DNA from: Patescibacteria group bacterium
GTDB taxonomy: Bacteria > Patescibacteriota > Minisyncoccia > Phycocordibacterales > Phycocordibacteraceae
DNA length: 36,588 nucleotides
Direction: 5' to 3'
Assembly (NCBI GenBank): GCA_024653825.1
Contig: JANLHF010000016.1
Location: 1 to 36,588 of the forward strand
Shown here: piece after piece, positions 1 through 9,033 of the stretch
Layout: each line of letters begins with the position of its first letter
Numbering within the stretch: position 1 is the first letter of the stretch
Program-made: the position numbers and the translations under genes
Notes under the pieces: model-generated
Seen by the model: only the letters and a program-made list of their open reading frames with translations
The model's database searches: none
Told to the model about the DNA's origin: nothing

Positions 1-74
1 AGATTCGAACTCTCGGAGGGTTGCCCCTCACACGCTTTCCAAGCGTGCGCACTAGACCGCTATGCGACGCCTCC
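1..74 (-). tRNA. tRNA-Ser(GGA), 3' end truncated by window edge
   Basis: Reverse complement reads GGAGGCGTCGCATAGCGGTCTAGTGCG-CACGC-TT-GGA-AA-GCGTG, then a long variable arm (GAGGG-GCAA-CCCTC) and GAGAGTTCGAATCT. Confidence 0.93.
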
Positions 75-105
75 GTATGCATTTGTTATACCAGAAAAAG
101 GCGTT

Positions 106-1005
106 TTACGCCTGTGGGGCGAGGAGCGCCTTGATGCGATCGGGAATGGGTGGGTGGGTGGAAAAAAGTTTTTCTATCCAACCGCTGGGACCTTTGCTCG
201 TCGTGCCAAATGGACTACTGATGAAGAGGTGCGCGGTTGCGGTGTTCGCACTCTTCATCGGTGCAGCATACCCGCCTATCTTTTGGAGCGCGGAAGCAAG
301 CCCTTCGGGATAGCGCGTAAGAAGCGTGCCTGATGCATCGGCAAGAAATTCGCGCCGGCGCGAGACAGCGAGCTGAATAAGCTTCGCAGCAATCGGTGCG
401 AGCACGATGCCCACGACTGCAAGCACCATAAGAATCGCGTTCCCCTGCTTGTTGTCACTGTGACCACCGCCCCAAAATGACATTCTAATAAAAATATTCG
501 CAACGATGGCGGCGAAACCTGCGAGTACCACCGCAATAGTCATAAGCAGTATGTCGCGATTCTTGATGTGCGAGAGCTCATGAGCGATGACCCCCTCGAG
601 CTCGGGACGCGAGAGCATCGCGAGCAGGCCGGTCGTCGCACAGACGACCGCGTGCGTCTCGTCGCGTCCAGTGGCAAAGGCATTCGGTGCCGGATCGTCT
701 ATCACATAGAGCTTCGGCTTCGGGAGCCCAGCGATAATGGAGAGATTCTCGGTCACGGTGTAGAAATCAAAGAATTCTTCGCGCGAGGCCAGCCGCGCAT
801 GATTGAGCGAGAGGACAAGCTTGTCCGAATTCCAGTACGCGTAAAAATTAGTCCCAACGGCCAAAATAACGGCAACGTAGAGAATAAACGGGTCGCCGTA
901 ATACCACGAGATGGCGTAGCCGACTGCAATGACGACAATCAAAAAGCCGAATACCAACATCCAGGTTCGTCGGATGTTACTGGCGCGCTGTTCGTAGAGG
1001 TTCAT
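106..1005 (-). CDS. htpX: M48 zinc metalloprotease HtpX
   Basis: PNAFATG, HELSH zinc motif, SRRREFLADA, STHPP; 4 TM segments; downstream of lemA. Confidence 0.95.
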   Translation of the reverse strand: MNLYEQRASNIRRTWMLVFGFLIVVIAVGYAISWYYGDPFILYVAVILAVGTNFYAYWNSDKLVLSLNHARLASREEFFDFYTVTENLSIIAGLPKPKLYVIDDPAPNAFATGRDETHAVVCATTGLLAMLSRPELEGVIAHELSHIKNRDILLMTIAVVLAGFAAIVANIFIRMSFWGGGHSDNKQGNAILMVLAVVGIVLAPIAAKLIQLAVSRRREFLADASGTLLTRYPEGLASALQKIGGYAAPMKSANTATAHLFISSPFGTTSKGPSGWIEKLFSTHPPIPDRIKALLAPQA

Positions 1006-1634
1006 TGCCCTGAATACACTTTGACGGCATTGCGGCCGGAATGTTTGGCGTCATAAAGAGCCTGGTCCGCGTGCGCTCGGATGTCTCCGGGCGTTTCTGC
1101 TCCACTGAGTTGGGCGATCCCGAAACTTGCCGTTACGTTCAAGTTTGGATAATCCTTGAAGGTGAGCGCCTGGATTTCTTTTCGAAGTTTCTCCCCCTTC
1201 TCCATTGCCTGTTCCACCTCCGTCCCCTCGAGGAGAATCGCGATCTCTTCCCCGCCGATACGTGCGACGACGTCTACTTCCCGAACTGAACGCTTAAGCA
1301 ACGCGCACACCTCTTTTAAAACTACATCCCCGCCCGCATGGCCGAGCGTGTCGTTCACCTTCTTGAAATGATCGATGTCAAGATAGACCAAGGAGGCCGG
1401 TATTTTCTCACGGCGAGCTAGCCCTATAAACTGTTCAAGTCGATTCGTGAATCCAAGAAGATTCGAGGTGCCCGTGAGCTCATCCGTAACAATCTGCGCC
1501 TCAAGGTCTTTCCTAAATTTGGCACCATACGCTGTCCGCTCATCGGTATAGTCATCCTTTTCTTCTTCGGTTATTCCTACTAGTTTTTCATCAGCCCTTT
1601 CTATCCGACGACGAACCGTCTTTTCTGATTCCAT
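1002..1634 (-). CDS. Soluble GGDEF-domain diguanylate cyclase
   Basis: TDELTG..N, DIDHFKKVNDTLGHAGGD, RxxD (REVD) I-site, ARIGGEE, ADQALYDAKHSGRN. Confidence 0.93.
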   Translation of the reverse strand: MESEKTVRRRIERADEKLVGITEEEKDDYTDERTAYGAKFRKDLEAQIVTDELTGTSNLLGFTNRLEQFIGLARREKIPASLVYLDIDHFKKVNDTLGHAGGDVVLKEVCALLKRSVREVDVVARIGGEEIAILLEGTEVEQAMEKGEKLRKEIQALTFKDYPNLNVTASFGIAQLSGAETPGDIRAHADQALYDAKHSGRNAVKVYSGQ

Positions 1635-1637
1635 ACT

Positions 1638-2198
1638 TCAGAACTGCACCTTTATCGGTTCCTTCGCGGCGGCATCCGCGGCCGCAAGTTCAAAGAGATC
1701 CATCGGTTTGAAACCGAATGAGTTTGCAATGAGATTACCGGGGAACGTCTGTTCTGCCGTATTGAGCGTCATCACAGTCGTATTATAGAAGCGGCGTGAG
1801 GCCTGAATCTTGTCCTCGGTGTCGGCGAGCTCCTTCTGGAGCTGAAGGAAGTTCTGATTCGCCTTCAGGTCCGGATACGCCTCAGAGACGGCGAAGAGGG
1901 TCTTCAGCGCTCCCGAGAGCATATTCTCCGCCTGTGCCTTCTTTTCTGTACCAGTCGCACCCATTGCGGCGGCACGCGCCTTCGTCACATTTTCAAAGGC
2001 ACTTGATTCATGCGTGGCGTAGCCCTTCACCGTTTCCACAAGGTTTGGGATAAGGTCATAACGGCGTTTGAGTTGCACCTGAATATCTGCCCATGCCTCT
2101 TTCGCCCGATTGACGAGCGTAATAAGGCGGTTGTACGCGGCGATAGTCCAGATTACGATAAGCGCAAGAACAATAAGAATGATGGTGGTTGTAGACAT
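1638..2198 (-). CDS. lemA: LemA family protein
   Basis: N-terminal TM, YN.L, WADIQVQLKRRYDLIPNLVETVKGYA.HE, EAYPDLKANQNF, SRRFYN, FP.N. Confidence 0.96.
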   Translation of the reverse strand: MSTTTIILIVLALIVIWTIAAYNRLITLVNRAKEAWADIQVQLKRRYDLIPNLVETVKGYATHESSAFENVTKARAAAMGATGTEKKAQAENMLSGALKTLFAVSEAYPDLKANQNFLQLQKELADTEDKIQASRRFYNTTVMTLNTAEQTFPGNLIANSFGFKPMDLFELAAADAAAKEPIKVQF

Positions 2199-2213
2199 AC
2201 TCTTAGTATACCA
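2199..2213 (-). promoter_or_regulatory. Extended -10 promoter (TGG-TATACT) 6 nt before lemA ATG; leaderless
   Basis: Minus strand reads TGGTATACTAAGAGTATG; no SD. Confidence 0.65.
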
Positions 2214-2216
2214 AAA

Positions 2217-3353
2217 CTAGTGCACTGCGCGAGCGACCGCTTTCATCACACGCGGGTCGAGCATATCGGGGATGATTTTTGCTGCAGTCGGGCGGACGAC
2301 GAGCGTCGCGAGCGCACGGGCCGCACGGATCTTCGTTTCCTGTGTTATCTTTTTCACACCCTTATCAAGCGCACCACGGAAGATGCCTGGGAACACGAGT
2401 GAATTATTGATTTGATTTGGAAAATCGGAACGACCAGTGGCAATGACTGCCGCCCCCGCCCGCCTTGCGTCTTCCGGCAGGATTTCCGGTTCTGGATTCG
2501 CCATCGCGAAGATGATGCTCCGTGGCGCCATACTCGCCACGTGCGCGGCCTTGAGCAATCCCCTGCCCGAGACGCCGATGAAAACATCGACGTCTCGCAT
2601 CGCGTCCGCGAGGTCGCCCTTCACCTTGCGTGGATTTGTGAGTTTCGCGAGTTCTGCTTTATGAGAATTCAGGTCAGCACGTCCGGCATAAATCGTCCCC
2701 AAGCGGTCAAGAAGGACGATGTCTTTGACGCCGGCCGCGACAAGTAGTTTGGCAACTGCGGTGCCGGCCGCCCCCGCGCCACTTATTACCACTCGGAGTT
2801 TCTTCATATCTTTCTTCACCACCTTCGCCGCATTGATGAGCCCCGCGAGGACGACGATGGCCGTGCCGTGTTGGTCATCGTGCATCACCGGTATGTCGAG
2901 TTCCTCAACGAGACGCTTCTCGATGTCGAAACACTTCGGCGCCGCGATGTCCTCGAGATTGATGCCGCCGAAGGAGGGCGCGATAGCCTTCACGATTCGT
3001 ACAATTTCGTCCGGATCTTGCGTATCCAATACCAGCGGCCACGCGTCAATATTTGCCTTCCCTTTGAAGATAAGCGCCTTCCCTTCCATCACCGGCAGCG
3101 CACCGTAGGGACCGATATTCCCGAGACCCAAGACCGCCGAACCGTCGGAAACGACGGCAACGCTGTTCTTCTTTACCGACAGATTCCGTGTTTCTTTCGG
3201 GTGCTTCGCGAGATAGGAAGAGGCGACGGCGACGCCCGGCGTATACCAGAGCGAGAAATCTTTTTTCACCGCGAGCTTCACGCGCGCCCTAGTCTCTATC
3301 CGCGCGCCCTGTCTCTTAAATGCGGCGAGTATCTTTTTTGATTTTGTGTCCAT
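2217..3353 (-). CDS. NAD(P)-dependent malic enzyme (small type)
   Basis: YTPGVA, VSDGSAVLGLGNIG, PVMEGKA, INLEDIAAPKCF, HDDQHGTA, GAGAAG, MANPEPEI, TGRSDFPNQINN. Confidence 0.95.
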   Translation of the reverse strand: MDTKSKKILAAFKRQGARIETRARVKLAVKKDFSLWYTPGVAVASSYLAKHPKETRNLSVKKNSVAVVSDGSAVLGLGNIGPYGALPVMEGKALIFKGKANIDAWPLVLDTQDPDEIVRIVKAIAPSFGGINLEDIAAPKCFDIEKRLVEELDIPVMHDDQHGTAIVVLAGLINAAKVVKKDMKKLRVVISGAGAAGTAVAKLLVAAGVKDIVLLDRLGTIYAGRADLNSHKAELAKLTNPRKVKGDLADAMRDVDVFIGVSGRGLLKAAHVASMAPRSIIFAMANPEPEILPEDARRAGAAVIATGRSDFPNQINNSLVFPGIFRGALDKGVKKITQETKIRAARALATLVVRPTAAKIIPDMLDPRVMKAVARAVH

Positions 3354-3378
3354 AGAATCGCCAGTATACTATACGGGA
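3354..3378. promoter_or_regulatory. Divergent overlapping -10 boxes (palindromic AGTATACT) for malic enzyme and recG
   Basis: 25 bp gap; TATACT on both strands at 3363-3370, 8-9 nt from each start. Confidence 0.6.
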
Positions 3379-5577
3379 GTGAACCCTCCAGACCTTATTG
3401 AACGACACTTTGCGCGGCTTCGGCCGGAGCAGAAGCGGGCGCTTCATAAGCTCGGAATACGGACTATTCGCGACCTGCTGTATCACTTCCCCGCCCGTTA
3501 CGAATCGAGCGGAGACGTCGGGACTATCGCCGGAGTAAGCGCCGGAGCCGAGGTGACGCTCTACGGCACCGTGCGAAAGCCGGATATCAGGAAGACATGG
3601 AAGAGCCGTCGGCCGATAGCCGAAGCGTGGCTCGAAGATGTCTCGGGAAAAATAAAGATGATGTGGTTCTCCCAGCCCTACATCGCCAAATCACTCCATG
3701 ACGGCATGGTGGTCAAAGTAAGCGGAAAGATAGCGGGAGCCGGAGCAAAAATATATTTAGCGAATCCGGCGATTGATAAGTCACCAATTAATCCGGACGA
3801 GGCGAACAATTCTCTCTTCAGCCGAGGAGACCGAAACCGGGGTGACTCCTCGCGCGAGAGAGGTGTCTCCTCGGTTCCGGCTTTGTATCCAATCTATCCG
3901 GAGAGTCAGGGCATCTCGTCGCTCTGGCTGATGCACGCGGTGCGGAAAGTGTTTGAAACAAAAGTGCACGAAAATATCGAAGACCCCATCCCTGAAGAGA
4001 TTCTCGTGCGATACAAACTACCTTCTCTCTCTTCTTCTCTCGTGTTCATCCACGCGCCACAAAAGCAACCCGACGCGGACGCGGCGCGGAAGCGATTCGC
4101 CTTTGAAGAAGTGTTCGCGCTCCAAATCGTCATGCAACAGCGCAGGAACGCGCTCCTGCGCGAAGAAGCACTCCCTGTCGCCGTGGACCGTACGAAGCTC
4201 GCAGACTTCATCGCGTCATTCCCCTTCCCTGCGACCGAGGCGCAGATGCAGGCGATAGAAACTATCGTAAAGGATTTTGAAAAGCCTCACCCGATGCTCC
4301 GGCTCCTCGAGGGCGACGTGGGTAGCGGTAAGACCGCCGTAGCCGCCGCAACTGCCTACCTCGTCGCAACGTCGCTACCAAAAGGGAGAATCGCAGGAGC
4401 TCTCCAAGTCGCGTATCTCTGCCCGACTGAAATTCTCGCGAAACAGCATTTCTCGACCTTTGTTTCCTACTTCCGCGACCATCCGATACCGATTGGCCTT
4501 ATTACCGGAAGTGAGTGCCGCGTATTCCCTTCCAAGGTTCGCTACGAGGAGTCAGCGAAGCTCACCAAAGCGACATTCCGAAAGCGCGTCACTGATGGGC
4601 TCATACCTATCGTTATCGGCACACATGCGATTATTGAGAAGTCGCTCTCATTTAAATATTTCGCCTACGCCATCATCGACGAACAACATCGCTTCGGCAC
4701 GGTGCACCGGCAAAAGCTCGCGACCAAGGACGACATTGCGCCACACCTTCTCTCGATGACGGCAACGCCCATCCCACGCACGCTCGCACTCACCCTCTAT
4801 GGAGACCTCGACCTGACCGTGCTCGATCAGATGCCGCTCGGACGGAAAACGGTCATCACTGAGATCCTTGGCAAAGAACAGCGTGAACGCGCATACGAGC
4901 GTGTCCACGCTGAGCTCGTGGCAGGCCATCAGGCATATGTCATTTGTCCGCGCATTGATGAACCTGATCCGGCAAAGGAACTCGCACTCCAGGCGAAGTC
5001 GGTGAAGGCTGAGGCGGCGCGTTTAAAAAAAGAGGTGTTCCCCGAGGCGGCTATCGACATCCTGCACAGTAAGATGACGCCGGCAGAAAAAGAAAAGACG
5101 ATGTTGAAGTTCGAGCGCGGCGAGACGAATATTCTTGTGGCGACTTCTGTCGTCGAAGTCGGCGTGAACGTCCCGAACGCGACGGTCATTCTTATCGAAG
5201 GAGCAGAGCGCTTCGGACTCGCCCAGCTTCATCAATTGCGCGGTCGCGTCATCCGCTCCACGCATCAGTCGTACTGCTTCGCACTCCCCGAATCCTCCGG
5301 CGAGACAACACGCGAGCGTATGAAAGCTTTTAAGAATGCAAAAAATGGCTTCGAGCTCGCCGAATACGACCTCGCGCTTCGCGGCGCGGGCGAGCTCGCG
5401 GGCGGCCGGCAGTGGGGCGTCTCCGACATCGCTATGGAAGCATTGAAAAATATAAAACTCGTCGAAGCCGCCCGCACCGAGGCCGCCCAGCTCGTCGCTC
5501 GCGATTCAGACTTACACAATCACCCCTCCCTCGCCTCCCGCGCCCTCGCCGCCGACAAAGAGATGCATTTGGAATAG
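3379..5577 (+). CDS. recG: ATP-dependent DNA helicase RecG (probable GTG start 3379; ORF track starts 3346)
   Basis: LGI.TI.DLL.HFP.RYE, wedge domain, GDVGSGKT, DEQHRFG, MTATPIPRTL, AERFGLAQLHQLRGRV, DLALRGAGE. Confidence 0.96.
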   Translation: MNPPDLIERHFARLRPEQKRALHKLGIRTIRDLLYHFPARYESSGDVGTIAGVSAGAEVTLYGTVRKPDIRKTWKSRRPIAEAWLEDVSGKIKMMWFSQPYIAKSLHDGMVVKVSGKIAGAGAKIYLANPAIDKSPINPDEANNSLFSRGDRNRGDSSRERGVSSVPALYPIYPESQGISSLWLMHAVRKVFETKVHENIEDPIPEEILVRYKLPSLSSSLVFIHAPQKQPDADAARKRFAFEEVFALQIVMQQRRNALLREEALPVAVDRTKLADFIASFPFPATEAQMQAIETIVKDFEKPHPMLRLLEGDVGSGKTAVAAATAYLVATSLPKGRIAGALQVAYLCPTEILAKQHFSTFVSYFRDHPIPIGLITGSECRVFPSKVRYEESAKLTKATFRKRVTDGLIPIVIGTHAIIEKSLSFKYFAYAIIDEQHRFGTVHRQKLATKDDIAPHLLSMTATPIPRTLALTLYGDLDLTVLDQMPLGRKTVITEILGKEQRERAYERVHAELVAGHQAYVICPRIDEPDPAKELALQAKSVKAEAARLKKEVFPEAAIDILHSKMTPAEKEKTMLKFERGETNILVATSVVEVGVNVPNATVILIEGAERFGLAQLHQLRGRVIRSTHQSYCFALPESSGETTRERMKAFKNAKNGFELAEYDLALRGAGELAGGRQWGVSDIAMEALKNIKLVEAARTEAAQLVARDSDLHNHPSLASRALAADKEMHLE
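3820..3876. repeat. Palindromic element in frame within recG
   Basis: CCGAGGAGAC (3822-3831) / GTCTCCTCGG (3865-3874) perfect inverted repeat with inner CTCGCGCGAG palindrome; encodes SRGDRNRGDSSRERGVSSV. Confidence 0.6.
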
Positions 5578-5601
5578 CTCTGCGTTAGTATTCAAATACG
5601 A

Positions 5602-5675
5602 CCGCCCCTAGCTCAGCTGGTTAGAGCATCGAGCTTATACCTCGAGGGTCCTTGGTTCGAGTCCAAGGGGGCGGA
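5602..5675 (+). tRNA. tRNA-Ile(UAU)
   Basis: Acceptor CCGCCCC/GGGGCGG-A, D-arm GCTC..GAGC, anticodon arm TCGAG-CT-TAT-AC-CTCGA, T-arm CTTGG-TTCGAGT-CCAAG; CCA not encoded. Confidence 0.92.
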
Positions 5676-5680
5676 CAAGT

Positions 5681-7633
5681 TTATGCGACGCCGCCGGGAG
5701 TGCTCGGGATGATATCGATTCCTTCTTCGTCGCGCTTTTTGGGAGTGATGCCGTTCGCGATGAGAATCTTTTCAAACTCGGTGCGCTCAATGGTTTCTTT
5801 CTCGATGAGCTCCTTCGCTATCGCGTCGAGTGCGCCGCGGTGTTCGCCGATGACCTTTTCTGCGCGCGCTTTCGCTTCGTCAATGATGCGTGACACCTCG
5901 GCATCAATGTGAGACGCGACTTCTTCAGAATACGGTTCGTTCCCAAGCTGCCGGTCACCGAACGCTATCGGCCCCAACTTCTCGCTCATCCCGTAGCGAG
6001 TGACCATTTCTCGAGCGATTGCCGTGATGACTGCAAGATCATTAGAAGGGCCGGTGGTGACATCATCAAAAAGCATTTCTTCAGCAACGTAGCCCCCAAG
6101 TGTTGCGGCGATGTCATCGAGGAATTGTTTCTTCGACTGCATCTTCCGATCTTCGAACGGAAGCTTCAGCGTATAGCCGGCTGCGCGCCCACGACTGATA
6201 ATGGAAATTTTGTGTACCGGGTCGGCATTCGGCAGCACCGAAGAGACGAGGGCATGGCCGGCCTCATGATAGCTCGTGACCTCTTTTTCTTTTTTGGAGA
6301 GCAGGTGACTCTTGCGTTCGGGACCGAGCATCACCTTCTCTATGGAGCGAATAAGATCATATTGCGTTACCTCTTTCCGGCTCTCACGCGCGGCAAGGAT
6401 CGCGCCCTCATTCATGAGCGAATTGAGCTCGGCGCCCGAGAAGCCCGGCGTGCGTTCGGCGACGACGGCAAGATTTACATCCGGCCCCAATGGCTTCTTT
6501 ACTGCGTGAACCTTAAGTATTTCTTCGCGGTCGCGACGATCCGGCAGGTCAATCGTCACGCGTCGGTCAAAACGCCCGGGGCGGAGCAACGCCGGATCGA
6601 GCACATCAGGACGGTTCGTTGCCGCCATCACCACGACCTTTTCAGTCGGCTCGAAGCCGTCCATCTCGACGAGAATCTGATTGAGCGTCTGCTCACGCTC
6701 ATCGTTACCACCGCCAACTCCAGTCCCGCGCACGCGCCCGACCGCGTCGATCTCATCGACGAAGATGATGGCGGGAGCGGCCTTCTTCGCGAGCTGGAAG
6801 AGATCGCGCACACGAGAAGCGCCAACGCCAACGAACATTTCGACGAACTCGCTTCCCGAGATGGAGAAGAACGGAACTGAAGCCTCTCCCGCCACTGCGC
6901 GCGCAAGCAAGGTCTTACCGGTCCCCGGTGCGCCCATCAGAATGATACCCTTCGGGATGCGCGCACCGATATCGAGAAACTTCTTCGGACTTTTAAGGAA
7001 ATCAACAATCTCAAGCAGTTCCTCCTTCGCCTCGCGTGCGCCAGCCACATCCTTAAACGTAACGCGTTGCGAGATATCGGCAGGATCAATAACGCGCGCC
7101 TTTGACTGCCCGAAGGTGAATGCCTGCATACCCGCGCCCTTCACTTGTCGTGAGAGAAACCAGAAAAGAAATACAAAAAAGAGAATCGGAATGATGATCG
7201 GCGCGAGCGTGAGAAACCAGAATTGGAATCCCGACTGCCCTTGTATGGTAATCGAGACCTTAGCAAGCTCCGCAGGAGTGACCCCATAGGTGGCGAGTGT
7301 CTCTGGGAGGCCGGCCGACGGGTCCTTACGCGACGTCTTCACCGACTTATCGGCGTAGGTGAGGTCGAGAGAATCGCCGTTGACTGTAATCGTTTCTATC
7401 TTCCCTGCTGCGACATCGGCCGCAACGACTGAAAGAGGGACATCATTTGCCGGCTGCATAAAACTCGCGGCCAGCGAATACACGCTCATCAAGAGCAGAA
7501 ATATAAGAACGGTAGTTATGAGATTGCCGAAGAATGAGGGGCCACCTCCGCCAAGCAACCTCCGCCAGCCGCGCACCTGTTTCGGTACGGCGGGCTTCTT
7601 CCCCTTTGGCTTTTTTGGAGAAACTGGAGCCAT
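5681..7633 (-). CDS. ftsH: ATP-dependent zinc metalloprotease FtsH
   Basis: 2 [51 protein letters not shown]. Confidence 0.98.
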   Translation of the reverse strand: MAPVSPKKPKGKKPAVPKQVRGWRRLLGGGGPSFFGNLITTVLIFLLLMSVYSLAASFMQPANDVPLSVVAADVAAGKIETITVNGDSLDLTYADKSVKTSRKDPSAGLPETLATYGVTPAELAKVSITIQGQSGFQFWFLTLAPIIIPILFFVFLFWFLSRQVKGAGMQAFTFGQSKARVIDPADISQRVTFKDVAGAREAKEELLEIVDFLKSPKKFLDIGARIPKGIILMGAPGTGKTLLARAVAGEASVPFFSISGSEFVEMFVGVGASRVRDLFQLAKKAAPAIIFVDEIDAVGRVRGTGVGGGNDEREQTLNQILVEMDGFEPTEKVVVMAATNRPDVLDPALLRPGRFDRRVTIDLPDRRDREEILKVHAVKKPLGPDVNLAVVAERTPGFSGAELNSLMNEGAILAARESRKEVTQYDLIRSIEKVMLGPERKSHLLSKKEKEVTSYHEAGHALVSSVLPNADPVHKISIISRGRAAGYTLKLPFEDRKMQSKKQFLDDIAATLGGYVAEEMLFDDVTTGPSNDLAVITAIAREMVTRYGMSEKLGPIAFGDRQLGNEPYSEEVASHIDAEVSRIIDEAKARAEKVIGEHRGALDAIAKELIEKETIERTEFEKILIANGITPKKRDEEGIDIIPSTPGGVA

Positions 7634-7656
7634 AATAAGGTACTATACTCTTTCAT
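7634..7656. promoter_or_regulatory. Divergent overlapping -10 boxes for ftsH and smpB
   Basis: 23 bp gap; TATACT (+, 7644-7649) and TATAGT (-, 7642-7647), 7-8 nt from the ATGs. Confidence 0.6.
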
Positions 7657-8100
7657 ATGGCCCTCGTCGAATATAAAAAGGCACTTCTGAAATACTTCCC
7701 GCTTGAAAGCTTTGCAGCGGGTCTTGAGTTATTGGGACCCGAGGTAAAGTCGCTCCGCAACAAGCAGGGCTCGCTTGACGGCGCCCGCGTGGTGGTACGC
7801 GCGGGCGAAGCCTTCATCGTCGGTATGACCATCCCGCCGTACCAGATGGCGAATACACCGAAGGACTACGACCCCGAACGAACGCGCCGTCTCCTGCTCT
7901 CTAAGAGAGAAATAGCTGAACTCGCTGCCGCCGAATCAAAGAAGGGGTTGACAATTGTTCCTCTTGAGGTGTATACTAGTGGCAGGTTCGTGAAAGCGCG
8001 CGTCGCGATTGTCCGCGGTAAAGGTAAGTCAGACAAGCGCGAAGACCTAAAGAAGAAAGATGCGCTTCGTGAAGCGGGCCGCGTATTGAAAAATCGCTAG
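7657..8100 (+). CDS. smpB: SsrA-binding protein SmpB
   Basis: AGLELLGPEVKSLR, YDPERTRRLLL, GLTIVPL, GKGKSDKREDLKKKD; adjacent to tmRNA. Confidence 0.96.
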   Translation: MALVEYKKALLKYFPLESFAAGLELLGPEVKSLRNKQGSLDGARVVVRAGEAFIVGMTIPPYQMANTPKDYDPERTRRLLLSKREIAELAAAESKKGLTIVPLEVYTSGRFVKARVAIVRGKGKSDKREDLKKKDALREAGRVLKNR

Positions 8101-8144
8101 TCCGATCAATCGCAGAAAGCACAGAATGGTATCCTGTATTTTCT

Positions 8145-8546
8145 GGGGGTGACCGGCTTTGACGGTCTGTTCTTTGAAAGACGTGCGACGCAGTGCACGC
8201 CCGCAATCACTCAAAAGCGCGGGCACCCAAACTTGCCAAGAACACTCTTGCAAGCGTGAAGTCGCCGTACTTCGGTACGCATGACTTTGCGTTCGCGTTT
8301 GCGAAAGTCTAACGACTAACGCCGCGCGACGTTCATCTCCCCTTGGTTTCTACAGCAGAGGGGATGGGCGGAATTATCTGTAGAATCGATGTCCGGTCTC
8401 CCGCCCGGCACATTTAAATAAGGGATCGGGCAGGAATGGTTTCGTCTGCGTTCCTCGCATCCTGCCTTAAATATAACGCTGACTACGCGTCGTAGACTCT
8501 CTTTCATCGATAGATTCGGACCGGGGTTCAACTCCCCGCGCCTCCA
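8145..8546 (+). ncRNA. ssrA: tmRNA (one-piece, ~402 nt); predicted tag frame 8235-8312, AKNTLASVKSPYFGTHDFAFAFAKV*
   Basis: 5' GGGGGTGACCGGCTTTGAC; 3' GAC-CGGGG-TTCAACT-CCCCG-CGCCTCC-A; acceptor stem with G3:U wobble; TGG-TATCCT -10 upstream; follows smpB. Confidence 0.93.
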
Positions 8547-8660
8547 CTCGACTCGCTTCGCTCGCTCGTGGCAAGCCACCTGTTAGCAGAAGCGCGCAAC
8601 ACCTCTACACGGGGCGTTTTGCGTTAAGCGAGTCGAGTGTCCCGAGCAGCGTCGAGGGAC
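8545..8660. repeat. REP/MITE-like palindromic element abutting the tmRNA 3' end
   Basis: 14 bp inverted repeat CACTCGACTCGCTT (8545-8558) / AAGCGAGTCGAGTG (8626-8639); TCGCTTCGCTCGCTCG core; terminal GTCCC..GGGAC hairpin. Confidence 0.65.
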
Positions 8661-8756
8661 TGTTTATCCCGAGTTATATCGAGGGATGTATAATTAGCGA
8701 CTCGTGACCAATTCCGAGAATGCCCGTATGGGTACTCCACCAAAAGGAACGGACGC

Positions 8757-8942
8757 TTATTGAGCGTCCGTTTCCGTTTCCCGGCGTTCAGATGGCCACC
8801 AGCTCCCAGTTCTTTTTGCTTCGCAGACATAATCGTGTACTAGATATACGCCGAGAAGGAAGTAGAAAAGGGAGAGGAATACCGCGACCCCAAAGGTGAA
8901 CAGCACGGCAAACGAAAGAGCGATAATGAGTCTGAGATTCAT
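8757..8942 (-). CDS. Small membrane protein (~61 aa), unknown function
   Basis: GAGGAGG SD 4 nt before ATG 8942; long hydrophobic N-terminal segment; own -10 (TGC-TACCAT). Confidence 0.6.
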   Translation of the reverse strand: MNLRLIIALSFAVLFTFGVAVFLSLFYFLLGVYLVHDYVCEAKRTGSWWPSERRETETDAQ

Positions 8943-8990
8943 GATTCCTCCTCGCATCTACAGAACAATTCCCTCCCCAATGGTAGCAAT

Positions 8991-9018
8991 AAAAAACGGC
9001 CCCTGATCGGAGGCCGTG
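8991..9018 (-). terminator. Intrinsic terminator after the lipoprotein gene
   Basis: ACGGCCTC-CGATCA-GGGGCCGT-TTTTT on minus strand. Confidence 0.7.
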
Positions 9019-9033
9019 CGCAAGTGCAAAAAA

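Noticed and set aside
1002-2198. TGA recoding (code 25 or selenocysteine)
   Set aside because: lemA, the GGDEF gene and others end at TGA at their expected C-termini; conserved genes are not broken by in-frame TGA.
5909-7289. Long plus-strand ORFs (323 aa, 202 aa) opposite ftsH, and similar shadow ORFs opposite pyrE, typA and mscS
   Set aside because: Antisense shadows of conserved GC-rich genes with no recognisable motifs.
8316-8830. Minus-strand ORFs 8316-8579 and 8624-8830
   Set aside because: They lie antisense to tmRNA and across the hairpin element, with no coding features.
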